DNA of 64,000 nucleotides from Escherichia coli (GTDB lineage Bacteria; Pseudomonadota; Gammaproteobacteria; Enterobacterales; Enterobacteriaceae): NCBI RefSeq assembly GCF_045037415.1, contig NZ_CP173438.1; one strand, 5' to 3'. Shown piece by piece: positions 56,016 to 64,000 of this stretch (position 1 is its first letter; each line of letters starts with the position of its first letter). The notes under the pieces were generated by a model. It saw only the letters and a program-made list of their open reading frames with translations, ran no database searches and was not told where the DNA came from. The position numbers and the translations under genes were made by a program.

Positions 56016-56563
56016 TGAACAGTACACACCACTATGAGCAGTTGATTGAGATTTTTAATAGCTGCTTTGCCGATGAATTTAATACCCGTCTGATTAAAGG
56101 CGACGACGAACCGATCTATCTTCCTGCTGATGCGGAAGTACCGTATAACAGAATCGTCTTCGCTCATGGCTTTTATGCCAGCGCCATCCACGAGATTTCG
56201 CACTGGTGTATTGCCGGGAAAGCGCGCCGTGAGCTGGTTGATTTCGGCTACTGGTATTGCCCGGACGGACGCGATGCCCAGACACAAAGCCAGTTTGAAG
56301 ATGTTGAAGTGAAGCCGCAGGCGCTGGACTGGTTGTTCTGCGTGGCAGCGGGATATCCGTTTAATGTTAGCTGCGACAATCTGGAAGGGGATTTCGAACC
56401 GGACCGCGTGGTGTTTCAACGGCGGGTACATGCGCAGGTGATGGATTATCTGGCAAACGGCATTCCCGAACGTCCGGCACGCTTCATTAAAGCACTACAA
56501 AATTATTATCACACGCCGGAACTTACGGCGGAACAGTTCCCGTGGCCGGAAGCGCTCAACTGA
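56015..56563 (+). CDS. epmC: Elongation factor P hydroxylase EpmC (YfcM, 182 aa)
   Basis: ORF MNSTHHYEQLIEIFNSCFADEFNTRLIKGDDEP... Confidence 0.85.
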   Translation: MNSTHHYEQLIEIFNSCFADEFNTRLIKGDDEPIYLPADAEVPYNRIVFAHGFYASAIHEISHWCIAGKARRELVDFGYWYCPDGRDAQTQSQFEDVEVKPQALDWLFCVAAGYPFNVSCDNLEGDFEPDRVVFQRRVHAQVMDYLANGIPERPARFIKALQNYYHTPELTAEQFPWPEALN

Positions 56564-56596
56564 AGCCAGCGCCACGTTTTACAATGAGGAAAGAAG

Positions 56597-56875
56597 ATGA
56601 TCGCGGAGTTTGAATCACGCATTCTGGCATTAATCGACGGTATGGTTGACCATGCCAGTGATGATGAGTTGTTTGCCAGTGGGTATTTGCGTGGCCACCT
56701 GACATTAGCCATCGCAGAACTGGAAAGTGGTGACGACCACTCCGCTCAGGCGGTACATACAACCGTTAGCCAGAGTCTGGAAAAAGCCATTGGTGCCGGT
56801 GAATTGTCGCCGCGTGACCAGGCGCTGGTGACCGATATGTGGGAACACCTGTTTCAGCAGGCCTCACAGCAGTAA
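56597..56875 (+). CDS. yfcL: YfcL-family protein (92 aa)
   Basis: [29 protein letters not shown]... Confidence 0.8.
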   Translation: MIAEFESRILALIDGMVDHASDDELFASGYLRGHLTLAIAELESGDDHSAQAVHTTVSQSLEKAIGAGELSPRDQALVTDMWEHLFQQASQQ

Positions 56876-56882
56876 GTTGTGA

Positions 56883-56980
<98 letters not shown>

Positions 56981-56995
56981 CAATGCCAGAGCAGA

Positions 56996-59068
<2,073 letters not shown>

Positions 59069-59160
59069 CTATTAATTGGCTGATCGGACTTGTTCGGCGT
59101 ACAAGTGTACGCTATTGTGCATTCGAAACTTACTCTATGTGCGACTTACAGAGGTATTGA

Positions 59161-60381
59161 ATGAAACGTGCAGTGATTACTGGCCTGGGCATTGTTTCCA
59201 GCATCGGTAATAACCAGCAGGAAGTCCTGGCATCTCTGCGTGAAGGACGTTCAGGGATCACTTTCTCTCAGGAGCTGAAGGATTCCGGCATGCGTAGCCA
59301 CGTCTGGGGCAACGTAAAACTGGATACCACTGGCCTCATTGACCGCAAAGTTGTGCGCTTTATGAGCGACGCATCCATTTATGCATTCCTTTCTATGGAG
59401 CAGGCAATTGCTGATGCTGGCCTCTCCCCGGAAGCTTACCAGAATAACCCGCGCGTTGGCCTGATTGCAGGTTCCGGCGGCGGCTCCCCGCGTTTCCAGG
59501 TTTTCGGCGCTGACGCAATGCGCGGCCCGCGCGGCCTGAAAGCGGTTGGCCCGTATGTGGTCACCAAAGCGATGGCATCCGGCGTTTCTGCCTGCCTCGC
59601 CACGCCGTTTAAAATTCACGGCGTTAACTACTCCATCAGCTCCGCGTGTGCGACTTCCGCACACTGTATCGGTAACGCAGTAGAGCAGATCCAACTGGGC
59701 AAACAGGACATCGTGTTTGCTGGCGGCGGCGAAGAGCTGTGCTGGGAAATGGCTTGCGAATTCGACGCGATGGGTGCGCTGTCTACTAAATACAACGACA
59801 CCCCGGAAAAAGCCTCCCGTACTTACGACGCTCACCGTGACGGTTTCGTTATCGCTGGCGGTGGCGGTATGGTAGTGGTTGAAGAGCTGGAACACGCGCT
59901 GGCGCGTGGTGCTCACATCTATGCTGAAATCGTTGGCTACGGCGCAACCTCTGATGGCGCAGACATGGTTGCTCCGTCTGGCGAAGGTGCAGTGCGCTGC
60001 ATGAAGATGGCGATGCACGGTGTTGATACCCCAATCGACTACCTGAACTCTCATGGTACTTCGACTCCGGTTGGCGACGTGAAAGAACTGGCAGCTATCC
60101 GTGAAGTGTTCGGCGATAAGAGCCCGGCGATTTCTGCAACCAAAGCAATGACCGGTCACTCTCTGGGCGCTGCTGGCGTACAGGAAGCTATCTACTCTCT
60201 GCTGATGCTGGAACACGGTTTTATCGCCCCGAGCATCAACATTGAAGAGCTGGACGAGCAGGCTGCGGGTCTGAACATCGTGACCGAAACGACCGATCGC
60301 GAACTGACCACAGTTATGTCTAACAGCTTCGGCTTCGGCGGCACCAACGCCACGCTGGTAATGCGCAAGCTGAAAGATTAA
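59161..60381 (+). CDS. fabB: 3-oxoacyl-ACP synthase I FabB (406 aa)
   Basis: [25 protein letters not shown]...; active-site [14 protein letters not shown]. Confidence 0.95.
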
Positions 60382-60384
60382 TTC

Positions 60385-60450
60385 GGAGTAGGTCGGATAA
60401 GACGCGCCAGCGTCGCATCCGACATTACGCGCCAATGCGGCATCCGACAC
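60385..60450. repeat. REP elements downstream of fabB
   Basis: GTAGGTCGGATAAGACGCGCCAGCGTCGCATCCGACA ... GCCAATGCGGCATCCGACA. Confidence 0.7.
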
Positions 60451-60458
60451 TAACGCAA

Positions 60459-60484
60459 AAGGGAACCTGATGGTTCCCTTTTTC
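60459..60484 (+). terminator. Rho-independent terminator of fabB
   Basis: AAGGGAACC-TGAT-GGTTCCCTT followed by TTT. Confidence 0.7.
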
Positions 60485-60642
60485 ACATTATTGACAATCG
60501 CCGCCTGTTCCAGGCAAACTTCCCGCTTTGTCGATTTCCTTCTGAAAAGACGTACGCGTTAAATCCTGCCAACGCACCGTAACCCTGAAACCAGAGAGAT
60601 GAGACGGGGAAATTCCTCGCCTTGCGCTGCATTCTGGAGTAA

Positions 60643-62816
<2,174 letters not shown>

Positions 62817-62914
62817 TACGTATCCTTATACCTGAAATCTTCGCAAGTATGCCTGGCCGCGAGATTATGGCACACTTGTCTGGTTAACTCTCGTCTCATA
62901 CAGGTAACACAAAC

Positions 62915-64000
62915 GTGAAAATCCTTGTTGATGAAAATATGCCTTATGCCCGCGACTTATTTAGCCGTTTGGGTGAGGTGACCGCGGTTCCCGGGCGTCC
63001 AATTCCTGTCGCTCAACTGGCAGACGCGGATGCGCTTATGGTGCGTTCGGTCACGAAAGTGAATGAATCTTTGCTGGCAGGAAAACCCATTAAATTTGTT
63101 GGCACTGCCACCGCGGGGACCGACCATGTCGATGAAGCATGGTTAAAGCAGGCGGGAATTGGTTTTTCCGCTGCACCTGGCTGTAATGCGATTGCGGTGG
63201 TGGAATATGTTTTCTCCTCACTGCTGATGCTTGCCGAACGCGATGGATTTTCACTGCACGACCGTACAGTGGGGATCGTGGGCGTTGGTAACGTTGGTCG
63301 CCGTTTACAGGCGCGACTGGAAGCGTTAGGGATTACAACCTTGCTTTGCGATCCGCCTCGCGCCGACCGCGGGGATGAGGGGGATTTCCGCTCGCTGGAT
63401 GAATTAGTTCAGCATGCGGATATTCTGACTTTCCATACGCCACTCTTCAAAGACGGGCCGTACAAAACGCTGCATCTGGCGGATGAAAAACTGATCCGTA
63501 GCCTGAAACCAGGAGCGATTCTGATTAACGCCTGCCGTGGCGCAGTCGTCGATAATACTGCCCTATTGACCTGTCTGAACGAAGGCCAGAAGTTAAGCGT
63601 AGTGCTGGATGTCTGGGAAGGCGAACCGGAACTCAACGTGGAATTGCTGAAAAAAGTGGATATCGGCACACCGCATATCGCAGGCTATACCCTGGAAGGT
63701 AAAGCACGCGGTACTACGCAAGTGTTTGAAGCCTATAGCAAGCTTATTGGGCATGAACAACACGTTGCGCTGGATACGTTGCTGCCCGCGCCAGAGTTTG
63801 GCCGCATTACGCTGCATGGTCCGCTCGATCAACCGACGCTAAAAAGGCTGGTGCATTTGGTGTATGATGTGCGCCGCGATGACGCACCGCTGCGTAAAGT
63901 CGCCGGAATACCGGGTGAGTTCGATAAGCTGCGCAAAAACTATCTTGAGCGCCGTGAATGGTCATCTCTGTATGTGATTTGTGATGACGCCAGCGCGGCA
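62915..64000 (+). CDS. pdxB: Erythronate-4-phosphate dehydrogenase PdxB, 3' end truncated by window edge; GTG start
   Basis: Frame from GTG at 62915 reads (M)[21 protein letters not shown]...[11 protein letters not shown] (NAD-binding); not in ORF track because no stop within window. Confidence 0.85.
   Translation, partial: MKILVDENMPYARDLFSRLGEVTAVPGRPIPVAQLADADALMVRSVTKVNESLLAGKPIKFVGTATAGTDHVDEAWLKQAGIGFSAAPGCNAIAVVEYVFSSLLMLAERDGFSLHDRTVGIVGVGNVGRRLQARLEALGITTLLCDPPRADRGDEGDFRSLDELVQHADILTFHTPLFKDGPYKTLHLADEKLIRSLKPGAILINACRGAVVDNTALLTCLNEGQKLSVVLDVWEGEPELNVELLKKVDIGTPHIAGYTLEGKARGTTQVFEAYSKLIGHEQHVALDTLLPAPEFGRITLHGPLDQPTLKRLVHLVYDVRRDDAPLRKVAGIPGEFDKLRKNYLERREWSSLYVICDDASAA

Overview
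Escherichia coli chromosome (reverse-complemented relative to K-12 numbering), from ypdB to pdxB. Most of the window is conserved core and known accessory operons: ypdAB, alaC, lpxP, the frc-oxc-yfdVE-yfdX oxalate/acid-resistance cluster, evgAS, emrKY, dsdCXA, yfdC, mlaA, fadL, fadIJ, sixA, the yfcV-yfcO chaperone-usher fimbrial operon, and smrB through pdxB. Gene calls rest on six-frame translations matched from memory to E. coli proteins; no database search was run. The one non-K-12 segment is an ~11.8 kb integrative element at tRNA-Arg (argW), bounded by a 20-bp direct repeat (24261-24280 and 36076-36095), where K-12 carries the CPS-53 prophage. It has a P4-satellite-like backbone: AlpA-like regulator, a P2-GpN-like capsid homolog, a small-ORF operon leading into a zinc-finger primase-helicase, an iteron cluster, an Ogr/Delta-like zinc finger and a tyrosine integrase. 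It also carries an IS1 with intact 9-bp target duplication and a (CCCAG)18 microsatellite. The most interesting feature is a visibly AT-rich two-gene cassette (32908-34761) wedged between the Ogr-like gene and the integrase, the position where satellite defence hotspots are reported. Its first protein has a PD-(D/E)xK-like nuclease motif and the second has no function I can assign; I propose it as a candidate undescribed anti-phage system.
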